A DNA stretch of 64,000 nucleotides. Source: Tortispora ganteri (lineage: Eukaryota). A program made the position numbers and the translations under genes. The stretch lies in the NCBI GenBank assembly GCA_003707115.1, contig PPNB01000001.1, positions 558,001 through 622,000 of the forward strand, in the 5' to 3' direction. Numbering within the stretch: position 1 is the first letter of the stretch; each line of letters starts with the position of its first letter. Below the pieces are notes generated by a model that was given only the letters and a program-made list of their open reading frames with translations, was not told the DNA's origin and ran no database searches. Below are positions 50,391 to 61,133 of this stretch, piece after piece.

Positions 50391-51287
50391 ATGTCTACGC
50401 CTATCCCTTCATTTGTAGTCAAGACGTTGATATTGAAAGATGCTGATTCGCGACATAAAGGCGAGAAAGTGTTTGTGAACATATGCAGACACCCTTCTAT
50501 ACCCCTGTCGCACGAGTTCACCAGTTTCAGCGAAATGCTAGCGTCAGTACCTCCGGACCAAGTCCAACTACCACTTATGCTGTCATCGGAGCGAAGCGAC
50601 AAGGACCACGCTGGTAATCTCTGCTACGTCTGGGATGCGATTCTTAATCCGAAAGTAATCCGCGAAGCTGTTAACGATCCACCTCTGAGACATATTGTTG
50701 TGGAGCTAGTGTTGTCATGCTTAGAAGAGTCTATCAAACTGTCTTTATCACGCGAGTGGGTTATACCGCGAATGTTGTCTAAGGGTACGATTGCGCCACT
50801 TAACCTTGAAGTCAGACCGCAACCTGCCGCTGATGCTGCACCACTCAGCGTTAACACTAACGCTAGTAGTTTAGGTAGCAGCAGCAACAACAGCAGTAAA
50901 AGTTCAAGAAGTTCACTCTCTCAGGCTGCAGGCAGTCTTATCAGACTTGAACACGAATCGGATCGTGAAAGCGACCCTTCGCCCATTAGAGAACCTGCGC
51001 GGCCACTCGTGCAGGAGATACGGTCTGCGGAGATGGACGACCAAATACAAATGACAGTGACGGAGTATCTTGGCTCAGCGCATAGATTCTCGCACCGTGT
51101 TGATATCTGGGCACAAAATAGACCTCTTCCACCAAAAGCATCAATCACAGTGGCCGGATCATCTGTGATGTATCAGGACGATGAAGGAAGATTTAACGAT
51201 ACTGTATTATCCAAATCACCGACAAATTACGTGTGCTACTACGCCAAGGATACTCAAACATACTCATTATTTGTTTCAACCGAGTAG
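50391..51287 (+). CDS. PIH1: R2TP co-chaperone Pih1
   Basis: PSFVVKT, KVFVNIC, DHAGNLCYVWDAILN, KG motif. Confidence 0.8.
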   Translation: MSTPIPSFVVKTLILKDADSRHKGEKVFVNICRHPSIPLSHEFTSFSEMLASVPPDQVQLPLMLSSERSDKDHAGNLCYVWDAILNPKVIREAVNDPPLRHIVVELVLSCLEESIKLSLSREWVIPRMLSKGTIAPLNLEVRPQPAADAAPLSVNTNASSLGSSSNNSSKSSRSSLSQAAGSLIRLEHESDRESDPSPIREPARPLVQEIRSAEMDDQIQMTVTEYLGSAHRFSHRVDIWAQNRPLPPKASITVAGSSVMYQDDEGRFNDTVLSKSPTNYVCYYAKDTQTYSLFVSTE

Positions 51288-51302
51288 CACGAAGACAGAA
51301 AC

Positions 51303-52058
51303 TCAATAGCTTTCCTTTAATCGTGCTGCAATCACCCTTAATCCGTTATACACTTTGCCTGGAGGACTGCCAAGGATTAAACTCACTACTGATTCTCTAG
51401 CCATTCTTATGTTTGTGAAACCTCCCATGATGTGAATCTTCGAATCTGCTACTACTATCCTTGTCTTTGTGGCATTTTCAATTGCGAATTTAGTCTTGCC
51501 GTCTTTTCCTGCGATTCGACCAATTGCTCGCGACAAGTTGTCTCCCTGCAGTGTCTTTACATCCTTGACTTCAAAGCTCTCAATATACATATCATCTAAT
51601 CTGAGCATGGCGATCGCATCGTCAACATCAAACCCTAGCATAAATGACTTCACAAAATCAGCACCTTTTTGTAGCGCTCCTGAATCAGTAGTCTGTCTGC
51701 AAGTGCGAAGCTCTACCGTTTTGGTACGTGTATTCATTCTAACCTGTAACTTTAGATGGGATACCAGCGGCGGGTAGATTTTACCCCAAGCCGATTTCAA
51801 TGGTGTCATTCGATTCGGTGGTACTGGCACTTTTCTCATCTCAAATTTGATTCGCTCACCTGATTTGCTGCTTGCTGCAAACCGAGGCTTGCCTTCGCTG
51901 TCGACATGCATCTCATTGCTTTTCAAAACGCTAGTTGAAACGTCGCCGCCTGTCTCGGGCTCCTGTAGATTCGTATCAACTATCATATCGTCTTCTTCTA
52001 CCTCATTTACTACCAAATCGTCTTTCACAACGCCTTTCCGAGCTGTTGGAGCGCCCAT
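51303..52058 (-). CDS. PNO1: KH-domain pre-40S factor Pno1/Dim2
   Basis: PPNRMTPLK, LSRAIGRIAGKDGKTKFAIENA, LILGSPPGKVY. Confidence 0.97.
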   Translation of the reverse strand: MGAPTARKGVVKDDLVVNEVEEDDMIVDTNLQEPETGGDVSTSVLKSNEMHVDSEGKPRFAASSKSGERIKFEMRKVPVPPNRMTPLKSAWGKIYPPLVSHLKLQVRMNTRTKTVELRTCRQTTDSGALQKGADFVKSFMLGFDVDDAIAMLRLDDMYIESFEVKDVKTLQGDNLSRAIGRIAGKDGKTKFAIENATKTRIVVADSKIHIMGGFTNIRMARESVVSLILGSPPGKVYNGLRVIAARLKESY

Positions 52059-52332
52059 TTATAATTCTGATTAGTATGTGTAATGGGTTTTTTTTTCTTG
52101 CTAGATAGTTACTTTTCTCTCCCATATATCCTAGCAGGAATTCAGCCAATCACGCTTATTGGGACATTGGAAATTTTCGTGAACTCTAAAATTTCAAATG
52201 ACCTCTATGCAAAACCTTTAGCAACTAAAGACAACATCGTTCAATAAACCCTTCTAATTGTTCTTTGCATGCTTTTCATACACCTATTAGATACACTAGT
52301 AGTAGTATAATTTACAGCACTTACTACAGTAC

Positions 52333-54207
52333 ATGTTGTCGAGGTCCATAAGGACATCCGGTCATCGTGGCCTGCTCACCAGACTGCCTCTGCGTCCGCT
52401 GCCACAAATTCAGCGCTTTTCTTTCGCAACTGCAATCCCTACTCGCGTTTTGCTTCCTTTCGGCACTACATCTAACTCACAGTACTCTTTTTCTCCTAAA
52501 AGTTTTATACGAAGCTATTCGTCCAAAAATCTTTCCAAACCGGAGGATGAAAAGCCCAAACATCAATGGACCCGGGCCCCGTCCAAAGAAGATCTTTTGG
52601 CGGCGGCCACAGGTGTCTGGGAACGCGCAAAAATCAGATTTAAGTGGCTCCTTATGCGCCAAGTGCGCCCGTTCAACGCAGACGATATATCGGCATTCTT
52701 CTCGTGGATAGTTCTCGGAAACGTGCTCTGGATCATTCTCGGAACAACTACGTTTGCCTCGCTCGTTGTCTTCACACTAAACACTGTATTTGCCCAAGAA
52801 ACACTTGCCAGAATGGTGGGGAATTACCTAACGAAAGAAACTGGTGTAACTGTAGTGTTCGAAAGCGCAATTGTGCCTAAATGGAACGAAAACAAAATAT
52901 GTCTCAGAAAAGTCTTTATCTCTCGGCGGCCGGGATCGCTCAAGAAAGTCCTGAAAGGATCACAATCGACTGCAGCCGCTGCTGCTGCTACTGCCGCTGC
53001 CACATTAGATCCAAAAATGGATAAGTTTCACATTGCAGCAAATTCGGTTGAGGAAGCAAATTACACTCAGTTTGATTTAACCGTCGACACAATCAACGTC
53101 ACCTTATCTTTTCAGCGCTGGATGTCCGGCAAAGGTATAGTGAAGGACGTCGAGGTTAAAGGTGTCAGAGGCGTGGTAGATCGCAGATTTGTCAAGTGGA
53201 TTCCAAACGTTGACCCTCGTTCATACAGACGGTCGCACAAGCCCGGTGATTTTGAAATGGAGCACGTTACCGTAGACGATTTGTTGGTGACGTTGCTACA
53301 ACCCAATGATTTCCGCCCTTTTCAAGTTAGCGTGTTTTCATGTGATCTCTCACACTTGCGTAAGCAGTGGCTTTTTTATGATATTTTAAGCGCCAACCAC
53401 ATATCAGGCTCTTATGACGATTCTTTGTTCACTATACATTCACGGCAAACAGTGCCTAATGGAGGCTCATTGGACACAAACAGCCCCTGGGCGAAGATAA
53501 ATCGTCTACGAATTGATGGTGTAGCTATTGACCACCTTAACAGAGGCATTACTAGCGGACCTTTTTCTTGGATCACATCCGGCAACGTTGACATGGTGGC
53601 GGATGTGTACCTACCGGCCGAGCAAACAGGGCATAACTTGTCAGTCCTCATTCAAGATATAGTGGAGCAATTTGAGATCGTTCAAAAGAGTCGTGCCAAG
53701 AACAAACACGGCAACGAATCTGATTACCAGCATTCTATTACTATGGATAACTATCCATATAATGACACCACACAAAGTGATGACAATTTTACTGTTACAG
53801 TCCCCGCACCTGTTTCGCCAGATAAGTCCAGTTCAAAAGACAAAACCTACATTATCATGGACTTGCGCGTGCAGTTAAATAAAGTACGAGCTACTGTCCC
53901 GCTGTTTACACCGGATTTGAGCTACGTAAACAATGCAATGATTAGACCGATTGTTGCTTATATTAATAACCACGAGTCCTATATTCCTGTATCAGGAAGA
54001 ATTGTCAAACGATTATCGGAATTTGACGGTAGCTGGACTATATTTGATTCTGGATTGATGGACGATGTATCTGCAGAAGTATATGATGCATTCGCTAAAA
54101 ATGCTACTGACACTGAAGCCAGATCAAGAAGAATGAAAAAGGTAGGACTTTGGTCCCTACAAATGATCGCTCAAATGTTGCTATTTAGTTTGGGCACAAT
54201 TGCATAG
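52333..54207 (+). CDS. MDM31: Mitochondrial distribution and morphology protein Mdm31/Mdm32
   Basis: Presequence; RPFNADDISAFFSW, QETLA, LRKQWLFYD, IDHLNRG, RPIVAYIN. Confidence 0.92.
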   Translation: MLSRSIRTSGHRGLLTRLPLRPLPQIQRFSFATAIPTRVLLPFGTTSNSQYSFSPKSFIRSYSSKNLSKPEDEKPKHQWTRAPSKEDLLAAATGVWERAKIRFKWLLMRQVRPFNADDISAFFSWIVLGNVLWIILGTTTFASLVVFTLNTVFAQETLARMVGNYLTKETGVTVVFESAIVPKWNENKICLRKVFISRRPGSLKKVLKGSQSTAAAAAATAAATLDPKMDKFHIAANSVEEANYTQFDLTVDTINVTLSFQRWMSGKGIVKDVEVKGVRGVVDRRFVKWIPNVDPRSYRRSHKPGDFEMEHVTVDDLLVTLLQPNDFRPFQVSVFSCDLSHLRKQWLFYDILSANHISGSYDDSLFTIHSRQTVPNGGSLDTNSPWAKINRLRIDGVAIDHLNRGITSGPFSWITSGNVDMVADVYLPAEQTGHNLSVLIQDIVEQFEIVQKSRAKNKHGNESDYQHSITMDNYPYNDTTQSDDNFTVTVPAPVSPDKSSSKDKTYIIMDLRVQLNKVRATVPLFTPDLSYVNNAMIRPIVAYINNHESYIPVSGRIVKRLSEFDGSWTIFDSGLMDDVSAEVYDAFAKNATDTEARSRRMKKVGLWSLQMIAQMLLFSLGTIA

Positions 54208-54470
54208 ACACTCATTAGATGACAATTTATTTATGTCCTTATTTTTTTTTTGGCTAGATTTATTGTAATATTTTGTTTATTCATTATTTTGCCCATTTTT
54301 TATTTTTTGGTGGCGTACGTATATCTGACCGTCGTCTGAGCTGCGCCCTTCGGAGGGCTCATTTTTAGCTCCCCTTAAAAATTCGATTTACCCATATTAG
54401 ACATCTGGCCCTTGAACCCGCATTATCACTCTGCAACAACTATTATCTCCACAATATACAAATAAATGCA

Positions 54471-57400
54471 ATGACTGATCCTGACTTAGAACTTAAAGAA
54501 AAAGTTATGGGGTTGTCTCTCTCGAGGCCCGATCTGACAGGTATACAGCTGATTTCATCCTTTCATGCTGACTACACAGCTTCCTCTTTCTACTACTATA
54601 ATTCAGATCGCACAGGGCTGCAAGCAATCCTAATTAAACAGGACCGTCCTACAGTCTCAGGATACTTTACTGTAGCTACAGAAATTGAAAATGACTCAGG
54701 CTGTCCGCACACTCTCGAACATCTCGTTTTCATGGGGTCGCAAGCATATCCCTACAAAGGTGTATTGGACGTGATAGCTAATTCTGTCTACTCAAGCACT
54801 AACGCATGGACCGCTACGGATTCCACTGTCTACACACTAAAGTCAGCTGGCTGGCAAGGCTTTAAAACTCTGTTTCCAGTTTACATAGATCACATACTCA
54901 ATCCCACATTGACCGATGCTGGTTGTTACACAGAAGTGTACCATGTCGACGGTGCAGGCAGAGAAAAGGGCGTGGTGTTTAGTGAGATGCAAGGCGTTGA
55001 AAATACTGCTAGCGATATCTCTGACCGCACAGCACGTCTGGGCTTGTTTGGCCCTGAATCTGGTTATTCTTCAGAAACGGGCGGCCTTACATCCAATCTC
55101 AGAAAACTTCATCCAGATACAATAAGGTCGTTCCACAGCGCAATGTATAACCCTAAGAACCTCGGTCTTGTAGTTACTGGTGCTGTTGACCCTGAAGAAT
55201 TCCTCATGTCTCTCAAAACAATCGACGACTCTTTGCCGGATGCACCTGATAACTTCACAAGACCCTGGGTTGACACCAACCCTATTAAAGGTCTTAACTC
55301 TTCGTCATCTACCACTATCCTTTTTCCTGATAAGGACGAGTCTTCTGGAGAGATTCAAATATCTCTAATAGGGCCAGAATATTCTCGTCAAATCGATGGA
55401 CTTGCCCTCTCCTTGATTGGTTCTTATCTTTGCGATACAGCCGCTTCTCCTCTGGTAGTTGAACTCGTCGAAAATCCTGCGCCTCTTGCTGGATCCGTAT
55501 ATTACTATACTGAAGATTACGTGAATACCATATTTACAATAATCGCCACAAACGTCAAAACTGATAACCTCAACAATGTCTCTACGCGAATTCTGTCCTT
55601 TATAAAGGAACATATTGAACAGGATAAATTCGACCTAGAGCAGATGAGAAACACAGTTATACAAAACAGAAAGACCTTTAAACTTCAAGCAGAAAATGTT
55701 ATTGGCACTCTCAGTAACATTGCAATTGTTGACTACATCTATGGAGATAGAACCGGTGCCTCACTGGAAAACACCGTTAAAGACTTATCTGACTATGATG
55801 CGTTATCTAAATGGACTAAGGAAGACTGGGTCAGTTTCATCACCAAATGGTTTATCGAAAATCCTACTTACACTGTAAAGGCGAAGCCTTCTAGCGCTGA
55901 AGCTAAACGACTCGCTAAAGAAGAGAAACAACAGCTTAAAGAACGCCGCAAAAAACTTGGTCCAGAAGGTTTACAAAAATTAAAAGATCAGCTACAAGAT
56001 GCCATAGACCAAAACGAGCAACCTATCCCGAAGGATGTACTTGATCAGTTTACTGTTCCTCCTGCTTCTAGTATTCCTTTTATTTCTACAGAACCTGCAG
56101 ATGTGGGCCCAAGCTTGAATAATTTGTCTTATACCGCGCATAACTTAGCTAAACAGAAAAGATTGCAAAAACTACTGGACGCTGATACTCCTGAAGGATT
56201 CCCACTTTTCTTGCATTTTGAGAACTCTGATTCGTCTTTTGTTAGGATTGCGATTGTTATGTCGGCAGATCTTATCCCTGAAGAAGAACTGCCACTCCTC
56301 GAAATTCTCTTGAGCAACATATTCTCCTCGCCTGTTGCTCTACCTTCCGGAGAGATTCTAAGCTACGAGGATGTGGTCAAAAAGATTAACAGTGATATTA
56401 TCTCAAAGTCTATTAGTATTGGATTTGAGCAATACATGCCAGAAACATTATCGCTGACTTTTGACGTGGAACCGGAAAATTATAAGTTAGCGATTGAATG
56501 GTTACATGCGGTACTATTTAATAGTATATATGATCAAGACCGTATCAAGACTGCTTTGGAGAAATCAGTTATGTCTTTGCCAGACCACAAACGCAGCGGG
56601 TCGACAATGCTCAAGTCTTTGGTTAATAGAAGTTTGTTCATCTCACGAAGCACTCGAAAATCTCTTGATTTTATGGAAAGTGAATCGGTGATTAAATCAT
56701 GTCTGAAAGACATTACCGACAAACCAGAAGAGGTGATTAAGCGTTTTGAAAGGATTCGTGAGAGCGCTTTTGATCTGAGTAATATGCGCGGATTTGTAAC
56801 GGGGAAAATTGAAAGTTTACAAAGTCCAGTTTCCACATGGTTAAATTTTATTGATGGAGCGAAAGTTGGTAACATGAAAGAGTTCCCTAGATCTCGAGAT
56901 TTCCTCAATACACGCGGACAGAATCCAGGAAAACATGCCAATATCGTTGAGGTTGCCGCTACATCCTCAACTTATGCCTATATTATTGCCAAGGGACCTA
57001 CAAATTCTCTTGATGAAGACGTTCCTATCATAAAAGCGGCGATTGAATATTTGGATGCACTTGAAGGACCGTTTTGGAAAGCTGCACGAGGACAAGGATT
57101 GGCATACGGTGTTTCGACACAACTTGACACTGAAAGCGGGCACTTGAAGTTCAACGTTTACCGAGGAGCAGATGTAATCAAAGCTATAAAAGTATGTCGT
57201 GAAGTTGTCGAAGACGTTGTGAACGGCAAGACTAATATTAGCAAACGAGAGGTATCAGGAGCAGTTAACTCGGTGATTTCCCGCATTGCGGAAAACAACG
57301 AGAACTACCAGAGCACTGCGTCAAACTCGTTTGCTAACAGCGTTTTGTTGAACAGAGGACATGACTATGAAAAATGGGTAACTGAGAGGTTGGACAAAGT

Positions 57401-57728
57401 TAGCGCCGAAGAAATCAAGAGAGTTTTAAAGCAATACATTTTGCCCATTTTCGAAGTCGAAAGCGGAGATGTGTTTATATCATGCAATCCGTTCAAGAGC
57501 GAAGATATTAATAAGGCGTTAACTGAGCAAGGATATAAAGTTGAGATTCTTAAAACTTTGGATAGTACCTCTGACAGTAACGGCAGCGATGGCAGTGAGG
57601 CGAGTGACGAAAGCGACGAGAGTGACGAAAGTGACGAGAGTCAAAGTGAGACCAACAGTGATAGTGAAAGCGGCAGTGAGATGAGTTTCATAGAAGTTTC
57701 GGCACCGGAGATGTCTGATAGTGAATGA
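54471..57728 (+). CDS. M16C-type zinc metallopeptidase (YOL098C/Sdd3-like)
   Basis: GCPHTLEHLVFMGS (HxxEH), TNAWT, GVVFSEMQG, RGQGLAYG. Confidence 0.88.
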   Translation: MTDPDLELKEKVMGLSLSRPDLTGIQLISSFHADYTASSFYYYNSDRTGLQAILIKQDRPTVSGYFTVATEIENDSGCPHTLEHLVFMGSQAYPYKGVLDVIANSVYSSTNAWTATDSTVYTLKSAGWQGFKTLFPVYIDHILNPTLTDAGCYTEVYHVDGAGREKGVVFSEMQGVENTASDISDRTARLGLFGPESGYSSETGGLTSNLRKLHPDTIRSFHSAMYNPKNLGLVVTGAVDPEEFLMSLKTIDDSLPDAPDNFTRPWVDTNPIKGLNSSSSTTILFPDKDESSGEIQISLIGPEYSRQIDGLALSLIGSYLCDTAASPLVVELVENPAPLAGSVYYYTEDYVNTIFTIIATNVKTDNLNNVSTRILSFIKEHIEQDKFDLEQMRNTVIQNRKTFKLQAENVIGTLSNIAIVDYIYGDRTGASLENTVKDLSDYDALSKWTKEDWVSFITKWFIENPTYTVKAKPSSAEAKRLAKEEKQQLKERRKKLGPEGLQKLKDQLQDAIDQNEQPIPKDVLDQFTVPPASSIPFISTEPADVGPSLNNLSYTAHNLAKQKRLQKLLDADTPEGFPLFLHFENSDSSFVRIAIVMSADLIPEEELPLLEILLSNIFSSPVALPSGEILSYEDVVKKINSDIISKSISIGFEQYMPETLSLTFDVEPENYKLAIEWLHAVLFNSIYDQDRIKTALEKSVMSLPDHKRSGSTMLKSLVNRSLFISRSTRKSLDFMESESVIKSCLKDITDKPEEVIKRFERIRESAFDLSNMRGFVTGKIESLQSPVSTWLNFIDGAKVGNMKEFPRSRDFLNTRGQNPGKHANIVEVAATSSTYAYIIAKGPTNSLDEDVPIIKAAIEYLDALEGPFWKAARGQGLAYGVSTQLDTESGHLKFNVYRGADVIKAIKVCREVVEDVVNGKTNISKREVSGAVNSVISRIAENNENYQSTASNSFANSVLLNRGHDYEKWVTERLDKVSAEEIKRVLKQYILPIFEVESGDVFISCNPFKSEDINKALTEQGYKVEILKTLDSTSDSNGSDGSEASDESDESDESDESQSETNSDSESGSEMSFIEVSAPEMSDSE
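57603..57640 (+). repeat. 9-nt tandem repeat (AGTGACGAR-like, about 4 copies) encoding SDE repeats
   Basis: agtgacgaa agcgacgag agtgacgaa agtgacgag. Confidence 0.7.
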
Positions 57729-57785
57729 GACAGACAAGTACTAAATAATACAATATGTTTATATATATGCAAAGTGATTAGGCCA

Positions 57786-58298
57786 TTAGTGTTCGTTTGT
57801 CTGTGTAGGTTCAGATTCATGTTTAGCCTTGATCTTCTTTCTAGTTAAAGGAATATAGGTTTGATCATTTTGATAGTCGATATCTGCGTGTTTAGCACCA
57901 AGTCCTAGGCCTTTTGGTCTTGAAGAGAATGACGTTGGGGGTTCGTCCTTTAGATCACTGTTTTTCATACCCATTCCCCTCAACAGAGCGGCGCCAAACG
58001 ATGTGACGGGTATTTTCTGGTAATCGGGTAATAAATTCGACTCTTTAACTGACTTTATAAGATGTGAGTGACTTGTAGTGGTTGTAGATGTGGGTGTGTC
58101 AGGAGACGATGATTTGATGGTAGAATTAGCTGTAGCAGGTTTGATTTTGATGACTGGTTCGTTAGCGGCGAAATGTTGATCGGCCAGTTCGCTGTCAAAC
58201 AAATTTTTGCTCTGAGAAGTTGTATTCAAAGATTTTGTGAGTTTAGAACCTTTTGAACATTTTTTGTCAATTTTGAAAGAGATTTTTCCGGTAGACAT
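57786..58298 (-). CDS. SPP2: G-patch splicing factor Spp2 (Prp2 cofactor)
   Basis: MSTGKISFKI start; YQKIPVTSFGAALLRGMG...RPKGLGLGAK G-patch. Confidence 0.8.
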   Translation of the reverse strand: MSTGKISFKIDKKCSKGSKLTKSLNTTSQSKNLFDSELADQHFAANEPVIKIKPATANSTIKSSSPDTPTSTTTTSHSHLIKSVKESNLLPDYQKIPVTSFGAALLRGMGMKNSDLKDEPPTSFSSRPKGLGLGAKHADIDYQNDQTYIPLTRKKIKAKHESEPTQTNEH

Positions 58299-58302
58299 AG
58301 CG

Positions 58303-58740
58303 TTAGTCAATGTTGTAAGGGAATTGATGTCCAGTGTTGTGACCCAAATAGTCTGCTGCGAGCTCTTCAATTATTATGCCAAGAAGCAGCAAAACAGTAG
58401 AGTCAAGTTTGCTGTGAAGATGTGGAGCACTAAAAGTGGCATAATAGTTTATTGCGGCAAGAAGATCTGAGTCCGGAAGATTAGAATTGTTTTCAATGTC
58501 TACAAGGATATGCGGAAGAGTCAAAGACTGTAAGACGTCGTCGGTTGTACCTTTAGGTCTAACGGGACGCGCGACACTAGTTTCTCTGACATGAAACTTG
58601 CTCATATAGGCATTCTTAGAGCCATAACACATGTATTTTGCTGCAGTGTACATGCTAATTCCTGTAAAAGCAATTTTTTTACCCCGATTGGCGAGCAGGT
58701 CTGCTACTACCTCTGTTGTTATTGTGTGCAGATCAGACAT
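58303..58740 (-). CDS. RRN10: RNA polymerase I upstream activation factor subunit Rrn10
   Basis: LPDSDLLAAINYYA...LDSTVLLLLGIIIEE, typical of the UAF Rrn10 family. Confidence 0.72.
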   Translation of the reverse strand: MSDLHTITTEVVADLLANRGKKIAFTGISMYTAAKYMCYGSKNAYMSKFHVRETSVARPVRPKGTTDDVLQSLTLPHILVDIENNSNLPDSDLLAAINYYATFSAPHLHSKLDSTVLLLLGIIIEELAADYLGHNTGHQFPYNID

Positions 58741-58784
58741 GTGGTTTGACTCTTTCTAAGTTAACTTTCGACTAATTCATACAT

Positions 58785-61097
58785 ATGGAGATTGACGATA
58801 TATGTAAATCAATTGAGTCAAATCTATCACAGATAAAACAATCTGTTAGTAATAGTTCATCTTTCAGCTTACTGTTGTCTGACTTTATTGCAAATGATGA
58901 AGCCTCGCCTTTGTATGGCATTATAAAGTCGCGTAATAACAACCTCGCAAAGTTGAACGAAATAGAGTCACAAATAGCTAATTTGTCTTTATTGAAGTCA
59001 ATAAATAATAATTTGCAGATCTCCATAAATTTAATAGAAAATGGATCATTTAAGGACTCAGCTGATATATTGTCAAAGTCGAAAAACGACCTCTCGACTT
59101 TGGCCTCTCTTGACCTGCCTGTGGTTCACAAACTCTCTGCAAAGCTACAAAACGTACAAAAGTTCTACTCCATCTCTTTATCTAACTTATTCTCGCAATT
59201 TTTTGATTTCAGCGAAAATGAGCTCCTTATATTCACATCCATCGATTTGAACGACAATACCTATACACAAACCGACTATCTCAGTTCAGTTTCTTCCTCT
59301 GAACTCAACAAAATCACCTCAGACTTGAAGGCTTTACTATTATCCTCTTTAGACCCTCTCTTTCTTAAAAATTCTATACTTAAAAATGAAACATACGCCT
59401 TGTCGTATACTGACTTTGACACTATGTCTGTTAAGAAACTTCTCGGCTCTTTATCGCTCTGGGTAGTCTACATTAACCAGAACATTGACTCACTGCTGCA
59501 TTCTATATTGCCTGATATATCTAAATGCATAATTTCGAGGCTTTTAGAAACGCTTCAGAACTTTACAGACCAGCAGTTCTTGCCTGAACTCATGGAACTC
59601 GACAATCTCATGCACTCTCTCAACTGGACTGTTTCCTCGAAACTTTCCAAGTGGATAGAAGACTTTCCGGCTATCGCTCTTTCCGTGCACGTTGCTCAAA
59701 GTCTCAAGGTGCTCAGAGATGACCTGCTCAAGTTCAATACCCTTGACCTAGCGGTTGTCTCTATACAGGCCGAAGACAACCAGTTCCGCACCTCATCAGC
59801 TGCAATGAACGATCCATCCTCTGGGATACCTACTGCTGAACCATCACAAAATGCATTGCAGCTGAAAAAGGTTTCTTCAAATCCAAAGTTATCCAAGTTG
59901 GAAGACAATCTGGCCCCTCTTGATGATGCAGAAAATGATGGATGGGACTGGGATGACGATTTCTTGGACGATCTGGTACCATCTAAGCCCGCTGAGCATC
60001 CTCGTGAAGTCATACCCGAAGAAAACGTAGTACAAGAGGAGACTCAGTATCCAGAAAAACCTCCTGATCAAGATAACCTTGACGACTGGGGCTGGGATGA
60101 TTCAGTCATTGAAGCGCTAGATTCACCGGGCAACTCCCCTTTGAAAACTCGAAACGAGCTACCTGCAATGAATGAATCTATTCCCTTGAATTCAGCGCCA
60201 AAAGTTTTCCAAAGCGCATCACTTTCTATATCTAACAGACCAGAAAAAGTGTTGGCTTCGATCCAGACACTAATGTCTCAGCGGTCTTCAGAGAATGTTT
60301 CCAAATTAGCATCTGCAGCGGCTTCTTTTGTCTCCTTATTTTGCGCTCTCTCGGCCTTGTCTCCAACAAGTGATGATTCAAGATATAAGAGCATTGTTTA
60401 TAACGATTGTATTTATTTGTCTCAGGAGATTCCAAAAAGGTTTATTGAATTACCAGGAAGTATACCAACAGAATTGTTAGAGTTTGCACAGTCTCAAATG
60501 GATGAAAGTGTCTACAAAATATGTGTTAAATGCTGCAAGTATGCCGAAGCAGCGAACTATTTCAGGTCTCCTGGTCAGCATGCTAGCAATTGCGAGGAGG
60601 CCCTAATCCAATTCCTTTCACTGATAAATGGAATGAATCAAGATTTACAGCTTCTGCTTCCTGAAACACGTTTCAAGGTTCTTGGCGATTTAATTAATCG
60701 GATTGTCACTTTAATTATTGACTGGATTGAAGATTCAACGCTTATAAGCGAAAAGGATAGTGGCCTGTTGGCCTCCTATATACGCGATTTTGCGAGCATT
60801 GAGAATCTGTTCCCCCAAATGGAAAATACTACGCAGATTACAGATAGCTATGAAGAAGATGTGGGTCCACCTCAGTATATGACAGCATTATATTGTCCAC
60901 AGTGGCTGAAATTCCAATATCTTGCAGAAATACTGGATAGTAACATGGCCGATATGACGTTTATGGTCCGAAACGGATCGCTAGTTGATTATTCCAAAGC
61001 TGAACTAGTCAATCTTGTTTTGGCGTTGTTCGCAGACTGCGAAAATCGAAATAAATTGTTAGAAGTCATTCAGAATGAGCATGATGAAGCGGTATGA
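58785..61097 (+). CDS. DSL1: Dsl1/ZW10-family ER tethering protein
   Basis: Acidic-Trp lasso motifs (DGWDWDDD, DDWGWDD); C-terminal WLKFQYLAEILD...ELVNLVLALFAD. Confidence 0.8.
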   Translation: MEIDDICKSIESNLSQIKQSVSNSSSFSLLLSDFIANDEASPLYGIIKSRNNNLAKLNEIESQIANLSLLKSINNNLQISINLIENGSFKDSADILSKSKNDLSTLASLDLPVVHKLSAKLQNVQKFYSISLSNLFSQFFDFSENELLIFTSIDLNDNTYTQTDYLSSVSSSELNKITSDLKALLLSSLDPLFLKNSILKNETYALSYTDFDTMSVKKLLGSLSLWVVYINQNIDSLLHSILPDISKCIISRLLETLQNFTDQQFLPELMELDNLMHSLNWTVSSKLSKWIEDFPAIALSVHVAQSLKVLRDDLLKFNTLDLAVVSIQAEDNQFRTSSAAMNDPSSGIPTAEPSQNALQLKKVSSNPKLSKLEDNLAPLDDAENDGWDWDDDFLDDLVPSKPAEHPREVIPEENVVQEETQYPEKPPDQDNLDDWGWDDSVIEALDSPGNSPLKTRNELPAMNESIPLNSAPKVFQSASLSISNRPEKVLASIQTLMSQRSSENVSKLASAAASFVSLFCALSALSPTSDDSRYKSIVYNDCIYLSQEIPKRFIELPGSIPTELLEFAQSQMDESVYKICVKCCKYAEAANYFRSPGQHASNCEEALIQFLSLINGMNQDLQLLLPETRFKVLGDLINRIVTLIIDWIEDSTLISEKDSGLLASYIRDFASIENLFPQMENTTQITDSYEEDVGPPQYMTALYCPQWLKFQYLAEILDSNMADMTFMVRNGSLVDYSKAELVNLVLALFADCENRNKLLEVIQNEHDEAV

Positions 61098-61133
61098 CGT
61101 ATTTCGATGAATTTGCGAGTAAGGTGCGTTCTT

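Noticed and set aside
54337..54366. GCCCT-TCGG-AGGGC hairpin followed by a T-tract, resembling a bacterial intrinsic terminator
   Set aside because: Eukaryotic context and a short stem; no snRNA features around it.
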